64,000 nt of DNA from an uncultured virus (IMG/VR IMGVR_UViG_3300022753_000059) (IMGVR_UViG_3300022753_000059), one strand, 5' to 3'; positions 9,601-21,375 are shown, numbered from the stretch's first letter. Program-made: numbers and translations. Notes: a model not told the origin generated them from the letters alone.

Positions 9601-12066
9601 TTAGAATATAATCGGGAACGTGTATGGGAATACCGAGCTACCGTTCTGCAATTCACAAATGAACAGATCTGAGCCACTAATCTGATAGTCCAGTGTTATA
9701 GTCCTTGCTGTACGGTCAATTGCAGCATGAACCAGTTCTTCATTTTCATCATATACGGCCTCCCACCAGCCTTGAACCTCATGCTCAGTATCTGGGAGGT
9801 GATACTTCTTCCAAACAAACGTGAAGTTGTCGGCCACGTATGTCGGGTCAACAAGCTTTCCTTGGTAATACACATCTGCCTGGAGAACAGTAGCGCAAAC
9901 ACCATTCTTGAATGACTCTCCCTTGGTCGAAGATACCTTAATCGTATAACCGAGGATGTATTGCTTGCGGATAGTAAATGAATCCGTATAGACATTACCG
10001 CCAATCGTAACCTCACATTTAACTGTAAGTACGCTCTGACCATTCCAGTATTCACCATCTGGAAGAATCGTCAATGTTTTTGCGTTTTGTCGGCTAAAAA
10101 TCGTCCACGTACCATCATTCAGATAGTACCATTTACGCTGGCTGGATGTGGAAGAAAGATTCTCTTCCGTCATCGTCAACGTAATGGATTGTGGAGAGAA
10201 CTGCGTATTGGCAGATGACTCATCGCCTAATAGGTTGAAGCAGTCTGGGCCAGTAATCTTGATGGACTTGGAAATCATCTGCTGCTGAATAGTGTTGCTC
10301 AGATTATTCCAGTTCAACGTCACCTGGTCGCCAAAAGTCACTCTTCCTTGCTGATCCCAGGAAATGTTCATATTGGCAAAATATCCAGAGCCATCAGTCC
10401 TAAGAAGGAATGAGTTAGTCCTGGTGCCAATACTTCCATTGCCATCCATGTTCAATTTGAGCAACGGATTCTGAATGGTGCCACCAATACCACCACGGCT
10501 AAACCACGCGCCATAATCTTCCGTATCATTCAGAATTTCGTCCGTTGGCTGATACTGAGTTACAAGCCTTCCAGATTCAAGCTGGGGTGCCGTGAAGTAG
10601 AATGAGTGGCCATCTATAATCTGTGCCTCTGCCTCAAGAGTCGCGCTGGAAGCACCAATACCGTTGTGGTCATAGTCCGTGTACTCAAAATGCAGCTTCA
10701 ACTCCATGTCATCTGTCAATTCTTCTGGCTCTTGAAGCTCAAATGTTACAGAATGACGCACCCATTTATGCGCTGAACTATATGGTATGGTAATGGTGCC
10801 AACGGCCTTATTGTTTTGGCGTACATAGATGACACATGCTGATTTAGCATACCCCCAGAACGAGAACGTATAAAGCTTACCGATTCGAGACGTGAGCCAT
10901 GCGTTGACCTGGGGTGTGAATATCATGTCCTCTACCGCCAAATAAACGTAGCCAACTCCAGTAGGATTAACTAACGACTGGTCAATCATAATATTGGATG
11001 AGAAATCCACATCCAACGAATTGATGAATACGTTACGATGAATCTTTCCTGCGTAGAACGTAGAAGAAAATCCGTTCTCGTCACCAGCTGTCAATGTACC
11101 AGAAATATGGGCCGAACCAGTTACGAATAGCTTCTGGAAGTAACCGCCATAGTCACGAATCTTACCGAAGATTGGGTCTGTGATTCCATTGAGCTTACCA
11201 ACCCTAATCTGGCTGGCATCCTTGAAATTGGTCACACTGGAAAGGAGAATGATATTGAAGTCCGCAATCTCCATCCAGTCACCATTTCCAAGGCCATTCG
11301 TAATGAGCTTTACATTACGCAAATGGCGACCAGACCATTCAACCGTAATAGCATGAAAGTGATACGTCCAGTCTGTAGTAATAGCCACGCTCTCGCTACC
11401 ATCTGTGTGTACCTCATTGATATAACCCAGAGAGACGCTGCCAATACAAGCCTTGTTTGCGCGTACCTTATATGAAATCAATACACGATTCGGATTGGCC
11501 ACGAACTGATAGAAATTCTGGACGATACCGTTATTGAGTCCTGCACCAACAGAACCTACAGCAATCTTGAAAATACGACTGTTATCAAGGTAGCTGGGCG
11601 TGTAGGTCAACGTCACTCCAGTACGATTGACTGGAATGTATTGCGCTGTTGGGTCTTGGTAGTCAACGCCACCGATACTTTCTGGCCAACACAAGCTTGC
11701 ATTGCGTCCAATACCATCAATGACATCCATGTATGGGGCCTGGTCATCAGACGAAGTAAGGTATAGCGCACCAGACCTCTCTTCATTGAACAGATTGGTG
11801 ATTCTGGCAAAGTCAAGTATCTCATCGGTCTGAGGTGCATCGCCTTCAAGCAGCGCACCGATAAAATACGGACGCTCTTCTACCTCATTGGTTTCTGCAT
11901 TCACAGTTTCGTCTGTACCATAACTGAGAACGCACATCAATGAGTAGATGAGGTTTTGACCATCGAAATACTGCCTACGCACTATATCTCCAGTCTGTAA
12001 ACCCTGCGACTTCTTGGTGTCTGGATGCAGGGAAACCTTGAATTTCCTATATTGAAATACTGCCAT
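9601..12066 (-). CDS. Putative tail/baseplate structural protein with carbohydrate-binding-like beta domains
   Basis: 821-aa beta-rich ORF in the tail operon. Confidence 0.65.
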   Translation of the reverse strand: MAVFQYRKFKVSLHPDTKKSQGLQTGDIVRRQYFDGQNLIYSLMCVLSYGTDETVNAETNEVEERPYFIGALLEGDAPQTDEILDFARITNLFNEERSGALYLTSSDDQAPYMDVIDGIGRNASLCWPESIGGVDYQDPTAQYIPVNRTGVTLTYTPSYLDNSRIFKIAVGSVGAGLNNGIVQNFYQFVANPNRVLISYKVRANKACIGSVSLGYINEVHTDGSESVAITTDWTYHFHAITVEWSGRHLRNVKLITNGLGNGDWMEIADFNIILLSSVTNFKDASQIRVGKLNGITDPIFGKIRDYGGYFQKLFVTGSAHISGTLTAGDENGFSSTFYAGKIHRNVFINSLDVDFSSNIMIDQSLVNPTGVGYVYLAVEDMIFTPQVNAWLTSRIGKLYTFSFWGYAKSACVIYVRQNNKAVGTITIPYSSAHKWVRHSVTFELQEPEELTDDMELKLHFEYTDYDHNGIGASSATLEAEAQIIDGHSFYFTAPQLESGRLVTQYQPTDEILNDTEDYGAWFSRGGIGGTIQNPLLKLNMDGNGSIGTRTNSFLLRTDGSGYFANMNISWDQQGRVTFGDQVTLNWNNLSNTIQQQMISKSIKITGPDCFNLLGDESSANTQFSPQSITLTMTEENLSSTSSQRKWYYLNDGTWTIFSRQNAKTLTILPDGEYWNGQSVLTVKCEVTIGGNVYTDSFTIRKQYILGYTIKVSSTKGESFKNGVCATVLQADVYYQGKLVDPTYVADNFTFVWKKYHLPDTEHEVQGWWEAVYDENEELVHAAIDRTARTITLDYQISGSDLFICELQNGSSVFPYTFPIIF

Positions 12067-12070
12067 AGTT

Positions 12071-13852
12071 TTATAATATTTCTTCTACAACATCCCCAGA
12101 GCAAGCATCGCTAACCCAAAGAGAGCCATTAGTAACACTGATTTTCTGAACTTCCAACTCATACACCCTCATCTTCTTGCGGATTGTCAACTCATCGAAA
12201 GTTGCGGCAATGCCTCCATACAGTTCGCTCTCGTTAATCGCCCACCCATACCCAGCAAAACCGCTGGCAAAACGGACGGAGCTTAGACTTCCAGTGAAAT
12301 ATGAGTTTCCGTTATGAAGCACACCATCCACAACGCCTTCCAAAAACACGTCATCAGCGAACATCAAAGCATTCTCGATCAAGCGCGTCTTATAGGTATT
12401 GCTGACAATAGAAATACTGCTGACCTCAACTGGTTTACCGAATCTGAAAAACTCTGCATCAGTAGAGAGTAAGAGAGTAGCTGACCACGATAGACTCAGA
12501 TTTCTGAAAAGTGATGTGGTCTGTATATAGTTGGCCGACACGTCTATCTGGTGTGTGGTAGGCGTATCGTTGGCGACTGTAACGTATGGAAGAGTCAGAT
12601 ATACTGTGTCCTTATTGGCATTAGTTGACAATGCAGGGCCAGAAGCAGCACCTAAACGTATCTTCTTCTGGAATACGACACCACAATTAGTGGCATCTGT
12701 ATAATAGGTCTGCATAACTGTAGGGCCAGCATTCGCGCACCCAGCGGAGAAGGAATTAGGGAAATTACCGTCACCGTTAGCAGATACCATACGATAGTCA
12801 CTGGAAGAATTGTAAATATCAGTGAGGAGGACAATGCGAGTAGTGCTTGTCGCTCCATCGCTGCCACCAAGGTTCATTATGGCACCAGGAGCTAAAAAGG
12901 AAACGGTTGGCGTATTCCCTCGTACAACCTTCACAATTGACTTATCGAGGCCCTTAATGGACTTTCCATCTGCGATATATAAATCTGTATCGAGATTGAT
13001 ATGTGCTACCTCATTCTGAACATCATCTTGAACGGAGTAAAGTAACGCATCGCCAAATTCTCCAAGCTGGAAGCCATGCAAAAAATCCACGGCACCGCCG
13101 CCATGAGTCGTACCATCAATCGTGAGGTTTCCATAGACATGGCCATCCTTCATCACAAAGTCAACGGTACTCAGATTCAAATTCCCCTGGTGGAAATATT
13201 CATTCTGTCCGTTCTTGATGTGACCATTGGATATTTCGATAGTGCCGAGCGTAATCGTCTTTGCATTCGGAACAACAACGTCACCAGCCAGCTTAATAGA
13301 GTCATGGCTAATGTTTAGCACATTGCTATTGTCGATATATATTATCTGGGCGTTACCGAAATATATACCAGCATTAGCGAGTGTTAAATGACCATCAATA
13401 CTGGCATTTTCACTGACCACCAGAGAGCCATAGACCTTTGCGTACTTGTTATTGCTGGTAATATAGACATCGAATATCTTATCGTTGTTGTAGCCAGCCT
13501 CAAATCCATACAATGCAGACAGATTGCCAACCATCGAATCCCCATTACGAGAAAGATAGCCGACATCAGCCGCACCACCACCAGAACCGCCACCACTCAC
13601 AGTTGAAATAATTGCATTGGCCATCATGTAAGCGGCATTCTTCATCAGAATGTCTGAATATGCGGCTAACGATGCTGCAATAGCGGCTTGGTCTATCTCA
13701 CCTTGTGGAGTCAGAGGTGGGTTTACAGTATAATCTGGTGCATCTACCTGGTTGGCATCGCACATGCCTTGATACAACCTACTGTACAAGTCGTATAATT
13801 CAGAGGTCTGATCAAGTGCTGCTTCATTGAAATTTAACTGTGCTGCTGCCAT
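12071..13852 (-). CDS. Putative tail structural protein
   Basis: 593 aa; C-terminal FASGFAGYGW...DELTIRKKMRVYEL resembles Bacteroidetes phage tail proteins. Confidence 0.65.
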   Translation of the reverse strand: MAAAQLNFNEAALDQTSELYDLYSRLYQGMCDANQVDAPDYTVNPPLTPQGEIDQAAIAASLAAYSDILMKNAAYMMANAIISTVSGGGSGGGAADVGYLSRNGDSMVGNLSALYGFEAGYNNDKIFDVYITSNNKYAKVYGSLVVSENASIDGHLTLANAGIYFGNAQIIYIDNSNVLNISHDSIKLAGDVVVPNAKTITLGTIEISNGHIKNGQNEYFHQGNLNLSTVDFVMKDGHVYGNLTIDGTTHGGGAVDFLHGFQLGEFGDALLYSVQDDVQNEVAHINLDTDLYIADGKSIKGLDKSIVKVVRGNTPTVSFLAPGAIMNLGGSDGATSTTRIVLLTDIYNSSSDYRMVSANGDGNFPNSFSAGCANAGPTVMQTYYTDATNCGVVFQKKIRLGAASGPALSTNANKDTVYLTLPYVTVANDTPTTHQIDVSANYIQTTSLFRNLSLSWSATLLLSTDAEFFRFGKPVEVSSISIVSNTYKTRLIENALMFADDVFLEGVVDGVLHNGNSYFTGSLSSVRFASGFAGYGWAINESELYGGIAATFDELTIRKKMRVYELEVQKISVTNGSLWVSDACSGDVVEEIL

Positions 13853-14814
13853 TATTTCTGTATTTGAACTTTCTTAGTTAAGAATCCGCTGTGCGCACCC
13901 TTGAAGGATGCTATCTTTGCTTTGAGAGCGATGAAAGATGCAACATTGATAGGAGGTTGCGGCCCAAGCATAGTAGTAGTCATAATCTGGCCGATATATC
14001 CCAGCAATTCGTCAAGAACATTAGCCAGCTCAACACCCAACACGGCATCATCTGTTCCGCTATCACTTCCGACATAGACGGTTCCATCTTCGATTTTAAC
14101 TTTGGAGCTACCCATCTTATGCACAATGTCATCATCCGTCATCGTAGAACTGCCATCACCATGCTTAAACTCTATCTTGTCCTGGTTCATGGTCTGGGAG
14201 CTATCATTGTCGCCCACAACAACATTGAACTGCTTACCGTCAATGGTTTGTTTCACCTTATCGGAATCAGACTCATCCTGCACCTCAGTAACGATGGAGT
14301 TCTTCTTATAGGTAGTCTTGGTATAAACTCCAGTTTCTGCCAGCTCTTCAACGTCTGGAGATTCCTCGTCACTTTCGTCAAACTCTTCTCGCTCTGTTAC
14401 ACCAACGGTAATTGTATCGTGAGAATCCAACTGGATAACATCCACATGAGAAAACATGGCCACATATTCCGTATGCGTCACTGGATCTTCTGCAATTACG
14501 ACCTCAGAATAGAGCTTCGGGATGATTACCATACCCTTTGAATTATCCTGGAGTGCGCTAATCAACACGCCCTCATGGTAGCCTATCTGTACCTCATCAC
14601 CATTTGCTTCATGGGCTATAGACGAATATTCTTGCACGTCAACTGTACCGAACAGCTCATCATCCTCATCTGTATGTATCTTTTTCACAAACCCAGTTGT
14701 GCGTCCAGTGCCATGAACAGAATTGGTATGTGGGTCAACCAGACCATGCAAGGCTATCTTCTGGATGGCCTCGCGTATAATCTGATTTGAACGTAAATCG
14801 CTGCTCCTACTCAT
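13852..14814 (-). CDS. Putative baseplate spike/assembly protein (gpV-like)
   Basis: Position after the hub-like gene; beta-repeat C-terminal half. Confidence 0.55.
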   Translation of the reverse strand: MSRSSDLRSNQIIREAIQKIALHGLVDPHTNSVHGTGRTTGFVKKIHTDEDDELFGTVDVQEYSSIAHEANGDEVQIGYHEGVLISALQDNSKGMVIIPKLYSEVVIAEDPVTHTEYVAMFSHVDVIQLDSHDTITVGVTEREEFDESDEESPDVEELAETGVYTKTTYKKNSIVTEVQDESDSDKVKQTIDGKQFNVVVGDNDSSQTMNQDKIEFKHGDGSSTMTDDDIVHKMGSSKVKIEDGTVYVGSDSGTDDAVLGVELANVLDELLGYIGQIMTTTMLGPQPPINVASFIALKAKIASFKGAHSGFLTKKVQIQK

Positions 14815-16255
14815 CTGTTTTTTCCTTCTTTATTTTAGAAATACAATATGGTAACTTGATAGTTTGACGATAGCCACCAGTTCCGAAGGACGTGGAAACC
14901 TCATCTACTAAATAATAGCCGTTTTTTTCTGGATAGCGGTTATCAACCAGCTCAACTTTTGTGGCTGTTTTCAGTGCAAAATCACCGAAAAGTGTCAAAG
15001 AGCCTTCGATTCCGTTCATATTGTAGCTTTCCAGATACTTTATCGCCTCATCCAGCAAGTCCTCTTTGGAAATTCCAATCTTACGAGACATGTATGGAAT
15101 GACGTTGTATTGCTTCAAATCCACCTTGTCTTTCGATTTTGTCAAAGGCGTTGCACCAAGCTTCATAGCCTTCTTAGACAGTTTCGTCTCATTCAGCACC
15201 TGGTATTTCTTTGAACCCTCCTTCGAGGAATCGTAATCTGGGTTACGTCTTACTGTGATATGGTAGAACTTGCTATCATTGGTCAATGCCGTTGCTTCAA
15301 CTGCCAAAAATGCTTTATCCGTGTCCATCAATGTAAGTCCATCCTGGGCTACATGATAATCGAACAGAATTTTCGGAACCTCCGAATTAGGATCACCATT
15401 CAGTATTGAATCTTTCCCTGGATTTGAGAAATATGAACGGCCAACCGCTATACATGGTGTTCCATTATTGTCTTTCACATAGGCAAACACCTTATACTTT
15501 CCCCATTCTGTAAGCACGTCAGCAACAGTCAAATCGGTTGTGAGGTTCACTTTTCCGATATTGATTTCGCAAGCTTTGGTGTCTGGGTGTAACGATAATC
15601 CAGAATCTTTCAGAAGTTTGTACTTTCCATCATCAGCAAGGAAATCATTCACAGTCATGTTCTTCGATGCCGTTACTTTAGGACAAGATATTTTCTTGAG
15701 TCCGCTGGCCAGATTCTCACACTTTATCTCAATAGGAGTAGAAATACTACACTTAGTAATATAGCCATCGAACATAATGCTCATCTTCTCCTTGTATTTG
15801 TTGAGCATACTGGAATCATTGTATATAGATTTGCCTTGTTTGTTAGGCTTCATTGTGGCCATAATATCCAAATCTTCTCTTACAAGAGGATTCAAATATC
15901 CAAGTCTAATACGAATACGCTGGCCAACCTTGAAGTCTGCAACGGTAGCCAGCTTAGAATCTGTCCTGGTAGTTACGAGAACACCATTGTCATCCAGGTT
16001 TGCTGTTATCTTTGAACTGTACTCTTCACCATTAATCTGGGTGATGGTCTTTTTGATAACAGTGCCACGAGGAAACTTAACAGATGCCTCACCAATGAGT
16101 TTCCGATAAGAATCCTCTATCTGCAAGCTCTCAACTTCCGCTATAAGTAGCGGAGAAGATGGCTCTTCCATAGGCTTCTTTGGGTCTTGTAAATCCCAAA
16201 TTTCTATCAAGCATATCAGCACCTGGTAGCTGGGTTGTGAATCATTTCGTGCCAT
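14807..16255 (-). CDS. Putative baseplate hub (late control D-like)
   Basis: GQRIRIRLGY, FDGYITK, GSLTLFG, GYYLVDEVSTSFG..GYRQ motifs; ATG 16255. Confidence 0.65.
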   Translation of the reverse strand: MARNDSQPSYQVLICLIEIWDLQDPKKPMEEPSSPLLIAEVESLQIEDSYRKLIGEASVKFPRGTVIKKTITQINGEEYSSKITANLDDNGVLVTTRTDSKLATVADFKVGQRIRIRLGYLNPLVREDLDIMATMKPNKQGKSIYNDSSMLNKYKEKMSIMFDGYITKCSISTPIEIKCENLASGLKKISCPKVTASKNMTVNDFLADDGKYKLLKDSGLSLHPDTKACEINIGKVNLTTDLTVADVLTEWGKYKVFAYVKDNNGTPCIAVGRSYFSNPGKDSILNGDPNSEVPKILFDYHVAQDGLTLMDTDKAFLAVEATALTNDSKFYHITVRRNPDYDSSKEGSKKYQVLNETKLSKKAMKLGATPLTKSKDKVDLKQYNVIPYMSRKIGISKEDLLDEAIKYLESYNMNGIEGSLTLFGDFALKTATKVELVDNRYPEKNGYYLVDEVSTSFGTGGYRQTIKLPYCISKIKKEKTDE

Positions 16256-16256
16256 A

Positions 16257-17327
16257 TTATATCTCCTCTCCTGCAAGAGCGTTAATACCACTATCAATGC
16301 CAGCGTTTACTGCGGATGATACGGCACTTGTCGCCATATTAGCAGCAATCTCAGCAAGTTTACTGTCAAGAATGAACTTGTACCACTTATTCATAGGACT
16401 CAGTTCTATCTCCTTGTTCAAGATTGCGATAGTGTCCTTGGTTACTTGCACATCCTCATCTGGCTCTACGGCTACACATGAGAACGAGTACGGCTGCTCA
16501 TTCTTGCACTCTGGATCACCCAGGGAATAATCCGTAATAATCATCTTGTCAACATTGAACTGCTTAAAGATGAAGTGATTGACGGAAATAACACCACCGT
16601 ATTGGCACATCTGAATAAACTTCTGCACCAAGGTATCTGGGTAAACGTCTATCTGGTCGCTAACGATGATTCCAGATACGTTGAACTTCAAGTCGCCTCC
16701 AGATACCAATTCCTTTCGCGTAAAGTCACGGCCCTGGACGGTACTCATCACGATATTCTTTGCAGACGATACAGTAACATGAGGCGCAAGGTCAATGAAC
16801 AGCAAAGTTTTTGAGTTTACTGTATATTCGGTTCCAACGGTTTTGTTTCGGCCATCACCAGAAGGCACCTCTGAATACTTGACATCAGTAGTAATCACGT
16901 CATCCTTACCGTCATAGTGCATCATCAAGGCTTCTGGAACTTTTGCGCCATACTTGTCATGGGCATAGATTACCGAACCGTTACTCATGGTCACACATCC
17001 CCATTCATTGTCATCAATCTGCTTCTTCTGATCCTTAATGAGTGTGGTGTGGTTCTTGTCTTGCTGTTTCAGTACGGTCTCACGTAGCTGTTTCTCCAAA
17101 TATCGTTGATACTTTGGGAACAGCTTGTTGATTTCTGCCTCAACAATTTGCATGGCCTCACGCTTGACTACATGGGCCAGCATTATCTTATATGCGCGGT
17201 TATTCTTGAATTTAATAGGACTGGCTGGTGAACTTGAGTATGACCAACCAAGACTGGAAGCGGCATCCATGCCACCTTTAGTAACCGAGAATTTTAGCGA
17301 GTTCCACGCGCCTCCAAAGTAACTCAT
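16257..17327 (-). CDS. Tail-tube-initiator-like protein (DUF6046-like)
   Basis: Directly after the tape measure; KNIVMSTVQGRDFTRKELVSGGD motif. Confidence 0.55.
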   Translation of the reverse strand: MSYFGGAWNSLKFSVTKGGMDAASSLGWSYSSSPASPIKFKNNRAYKIMLAHVVKREAMQIVEAEINKLFPKYQRYLEKQLRETVLKQQDKNHTTLIKDQKKQIDDNEWGCVTMSNGSVIYAHDKYGAKVPEALMMHYDGKDDVITTDVKYSEVPSGDGRNKTVGTEYTVNSKTLLFIDLAPHVTVSSAKNIVMSTVQGRDFTRKELVSGGDLKFNVSGIIVSDQIDVYPDTLVQKFIQMCQYGGVISVNHFIFKQFNVDKMIITDYSLGDPECKNEQPYSFSCVAVEPDEDVQVTKDTIAILNKEIELSPMNKWYKFILDSKLAEIAANMATSAVSSAVNAGIDSGINALAGEEI

Positions 17328-17330
17328 TGT

Positions 17331-20300
17331 TTATCCGTGATATGTTTCGTCAAAATCGTGTACTACATCTATGAGAGCCTGGGTCAACTGCTGCTTCACA
17401 TCGTTGATTACGGCTACATTATCTGGGTTAGTGAGGTCGATGGACTTCACGTTCATCAGATTTTCAATTTTTACAATTACTTGCTTCGGTGCGGCAGAAT
17501 TGTTGTTATAGTGCGACTTGTAGTTGGACTGATTGGCACCTCCAGTACCGCCAACAACTCTTGGAATGACTGGTGTATTACCACCTGGATTCTGCCTCTG
17601 TAATGCTTGTTGCATTTCGGCATCGGTCATATCCACTAATGGCCCATGTCCGCTTTCTGGAACCCATTTGCCATTTTGCCAGGTATATTTCACACCATTC
17701 AAAGTTTTTTCACTGCCACTTTGAGAACCGTTTGGATCGCCAAAACCCCATATTGGACTATTGACAAAACTATTGAAGTATGGCTGAATCTTTGGACTCA
17801 GTTTATTCACCATATCAATAATCTGCTGGTGGAAAGTAAGGAAATGCCTTCTTGCTTCATCCGCTGTAAGCGTAACTTGTTCAAGTTTTCCAGTCTGCTG
17901 ATTCAGATATGTATAGGTGCCAGAATGCCATTGATTGTCATACCAACCAAAATACTTCATAAATTGGTCGGAACCAAAAGCACCATATCGCTGACTATTG
18001 AATATATCAATACCACCATGCAGCAAGAAATTACCCAACAAATCAGTCGTTACTTCTTGCTGAGTTTCGTGAGCGGTCAATATTTTCTGCAAGTCAGCAA
18101 GCTGTGTGGCCAATGCTGTTTGCGGATTATTCCACATAAACTGATCGTACAATCCTTTCTGCAATGCAGTAACGTAGTGATAACTCATACGGTTAGTAGC
18201 CATTGAGTTCTCACCAATTTGGCTCATGTTCCAATATTCACTGCCTTTATAGTATTGTAATGACTGTGCGTAAGAAGTGAGGTCTTTAATAACAGCATAG
18301 AAATCTTGCGGAGTCGCTGCTTGCAAGATTCTGGCTTGGTAGCTATCAATCAGTTCACGTAGCTGGGAGCCTTCGCTCGTGTCTCTACCCAAACTATAGA
18401 GCAATCTTGAAGCGGCAATTTGGCTAAAGGCATTCTTTGTTTCATATTCGCCATAGTCCACGCCATTGAACATAAGATGATAATAATCATGGCCATTTGC
18501 GTGTTGCCATTTCCGTCTCTCAACAGCCATTTGAGGATCATTAAGATCAATAGCAAACCCTCCAATAGCAGCAATCCATTCATCCTTATTCGAGAACTTA
18601 CCAAATGCAGCACTGGCATTCTCAAAAGTTTCTTTATTTGATTCCTTGAATGGCGTGGCATCTTTGATTTCCTGCTCTGCTTGCTTCATCAAACCAAGCT
18701 GTTCACGCATTAGATTGATATGTTCACCGATAGCACGATTAGTGTCTAATTGCTTATTATAAACAATAGACAAATACTTATCTGCCATCGTAGCATGTTC
18801 AGAGTAGTTTATACCATTTATAGTATTGGTACTGGAAATGAAATCATTGTTTGCTTGCGTAGCTACATCAATAGCCTCGTGATACTTATGGAAATAATAA
18901 GCAGCACCACCAACGGCCAACCCAATAGCAGCAACCCAGCCAATTGGATTCGAGAACAATGCAGTAGCAACACCTGGAGCGGCCAGTAAACCACCGCCAA
19001 TGCCTCCAATAATACTGCCCCACATGCCTCCGTTCTCTTCATCAATAGAATTTCCAATAGCGTAGCCCAAGCCACCACCAACAATACCACCAAGACCAGT
19101 ACGGATTGAACCCCAGACACCTGGAGCCAATCCCATACCACGGCCCATACCGCCCATAGCACCGCCACGGCCACCGTACATCCTCTGATAGCGTTCCCAG
19201 ACAGCTGGAGAGATTTCTTTGCCATGAGCCATTGTAGCAGCACCATAATTAAATGCGCCACCCCAGCCCATAGAAGCATTTGCTCTTCTAAACGCCATCA
19301 TAGCAGCTGTACTCCTACGAATATTAGCTGCAAGCGTTACAAACCCATTGATAAATGCACCGAATCCCTGGGTAAGACGAATGGCACCAAGAACTGCGTA
19401 CCAAGCAGACTTCAAAACACGGAGTCCGTAAATGACTGGCCACATCCTCAGTTGAAGTTCCAAGAACAGCATAATTGGCTTTCTGAATTTCTCGTAGAAG
19501 TCCATAATCGTCTTAGTGAAATCACCAAGGATTCTTGCAAAGTTCAAAATGTCCTCTGCAAATGCCTTAATACGACTTCTTGCATCGTCCGTACCCAGCC
19601 ATTCAGTTACGCTCTTGAGCATGTCGGCAATCTGAGGACGTACAGCTTCAAAAGCTTGCATAGCACCCTCTGTAAACATAGAAGTTGTCTGCGCCCACAA
19701 GCCTTGTACTGTATTCTGTTTAGCTTCTGCCAAACGAGTTGATATACCAGAAGATTTACGGTTCTCTTCGATAATCTTATCCCACTTCTCTACAGACTGC
19801 ATGAGTGATACACCACCCTGGGCGGCTGTTACACGGAATAAGTCAAACGTAGAACTCTGCGCTCCAGCTTCTGCCAAATCCTTGAAAATGGCATAAGGAG
19901 AACGTAATGTACCATCGGCATTTCTGGCAGTAACACCGAATCTATCTAATGCGGCCTTCTGACTCTTGGAGGGTTTCAAAAGGTTGTTCATCAACTGGCG
20001 AATTGTCGTACCAGCGTGAGAACCCTTCAAACCAGCATCACCAAGAATACCGATCATACCAGTAGTCTCATCAAAGCTCCAGTTGTTAGCTCTTGCGATT
20101 GATGCAAAATACTTGTATGACTCTGCCATTTCTGGAAGCGTAGTATTCGACATGGTGAATGTCATTGTCATCTTGTCGGCAATATCACGCATCTGATTAG
20201 CACCCATGCCGTATGCTGTCATAATATTGGTCACAACATCGGCTGTCTCACCAAGGTCAGTGTCTGCGATAAGGGCAATATCTGTAATAGGTCGGATTGC

Positions 20301-21356
20301 ACTATTGATTTCCTCAATATTCAAACCAGCCATAGCGAGGAAGCGACTTGCGTCTGCAACCTCTGGAGCCGTGAACTTAGTCTTTACGCCAATTTGACGG
20401 ACGTTGCGCTCCATAGCATGAAAACGTCCTTCAAAATTTTCACGGTTATCATGCGAACCAAGGATGTTCTTGGTGGTCTGCATGATATTGTCGTATTCAG
20501 TAGCACTACTGATAGCACTACCGATACCAGTGCCTAACCCTGCAATACCGTATGCGATACCCATACCCTTCAAGATGTCAACGGCTCCAATGCCACCGAC
20601 ATCCATAGGAGTTGCACCCAACATCTTATAACCAAGCGCATTCGGGTAAAGGCTTCTGTATCTTGCGCGTACTGGAGCAACACGAGTACCGCCCCTTGCG
20701 CGTCCACGAGGAACTGGAGTTGGCTCTACAAAATTCTCCCTGGCAGCAGTCCAAGCGTTCATTACGCCTGGGTTTTGTCTGGCAAATGCGCGTGTACCAG
20801 CCTTACGTGACTGTTCCATATATCGCTGGTACAATGGGTCTGTCTTATAGTTCCAGCCAAACATAGCCGCATTGTCGCGGATAAGCTTTGCCCTTGCTGC
20901 GTAACTGGATTGTAAACGCTCCCAACGCTGAACAACTGGATCCTTCATGGGTTGACGGTTCAACGTACTGGAAACACGTCTGCCATTACCACCTCCAGTA
21001 GCAACAGTTGTAGTCCTGGATGCTGCGCGTCCACGAGAAGTTGCACCAGCAACGCTACCGCCACCAGCACCAACCGTCATGTTCAACGACCTTGCGGTGG
21101 CCATGAGCCGTTCCAGTTTTCCCTGCAATCTGTCAATCTTAGCCTCTGCTTGCTTCGTATTGATGAAAACCTCTGCCTTGACCTTACCAAGAGAGGAAAT
21201 ATTAGTTTTGAGACTATTGATCTTCTGATTCAGCTTCTGGAATGGAGCCGATGCCTTCTTGAGCTGTTCGGAAGCCATTGTAAAACGCCCGATAGCTTGC
21301 ACCGCATCTTCCGCAAAGACGTTAATGTCGTAATTGACTACATAATTCTGCGCCAT
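17331..21356 (-). CDS. Tail tape measure protein
   Basis: TP901-type core (TKFTAPEVADASRFLAMAG, GLKGSHAGT), Gly/Ala-rich hydrophobic segments; ATG 21356. Confidence 0.92.
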   Translation of the reverse strand: MAQNYVVNYDINVFAEDAVQAIGRFTMASEQLKKASAPFQKLNQKINSLKTNISSLGKVKAEVFINTKQAEAKIDRLQGKLERLMATARSLNMTVGAGGGSVAGATSRGRAASRTTTVATGGGNGRRVSSTLNRQPMKDPVVQRWERLQSSYAARAKLIRDNAAMFGWNYKTDPLYQRYMEQSRKAGTRAFARQNPGVMNAWTAARENFVEPTPVPRGRARGGTRVAPVRARYRSLYPNALGYKMLGATPMDVGGIGAVDILKGMGIAYGIAGLGTGIGSAISSATEYDNIMQTTKNILGSHDNRENFEGRFHAMERNVRQIGVKTKFTAPEVADASRFLAMAGLNIEEINSAIRPITDIALIADTDLGETADVVTNIMTAYGMGANQMRDIADKMTMTFTMSNTTLPEMAESYKYFASIARANNWSFDETTGMIGILGDAGLKGSHAGTTIRQLMNNLLKPSKSQKAALDRFGVTARNADGTLRSPYAIFKDLAEAGAQSSTFDLFRVTAAQGGVSLMQSVEKWDKIIEENRKSSGISTRLAEAKQNTVQGLWAQTTSMFTEGAMQAFEAVRPQIADMLKSVTEWLGTDDARSRIKAFAEDILNFARILGDFTKTIMDFYEKFRKPIMLFLELQLRMWPVIYGLRVLKSAWYAVLGAIRLTQGFGAFINGFVTLAANIRRSTAAMMAFRRANASMGWGGAFNYGAATMAHGKEISPAVWERYQRMYGGRGGAMGGMGRGMGLAPGVWGSIRTGLGGIVGGGLGYAIGNSIDEENGGMWGSIIGGIGGGLLAAPGVATALFSNPIGWVAAIGLAVGGAAYYFHKYHEAIDVATQANNDFISSTNTINGINYSEHATMADKYLSIVYNKQLDTNRAIGEHINLMREQLGLMKQAEQEIKDATPFKESNKETFENASAAFGKFSNKDEWIAAIGGFAIDLNDPQMAVERRKWQHANGHDYYHLMFNGVDYGEYETKNAFSQIAASRLLYSLGRDTSEGSQLRELIDSYQARILQAATPQDFYAVIKDLTSYAQSLQYYKGSEYWNMSQIGENSMATNRMSYHYVTALQKGLYDQFMWNNPQTALATQLADLQKILTAHETQQEVTTDLLGNFLLHGGIDIFNSQRYGAFGSDQFMKYFGWYDNQWHSGTYTYLNQQTGKLEQVTLTADEARRHFLTFHQQIIDMVNKLSPKIQPYFNSFVNSPIWGFGDPNGSQSGSEKTLNGVKYTWQNGKWVPESGHGPLVDMTDAEMQQALQRQNPGGNTPVIPRVVGGTGGANQSNYKSHYNNNSAAPKQVIVKIENLMNVKSIDLTNPDNVAVINDVKQQLTQALIDVVHDFDETYHG

Positions 21357-21375
21357 TATAGCTTGATATTGTTTA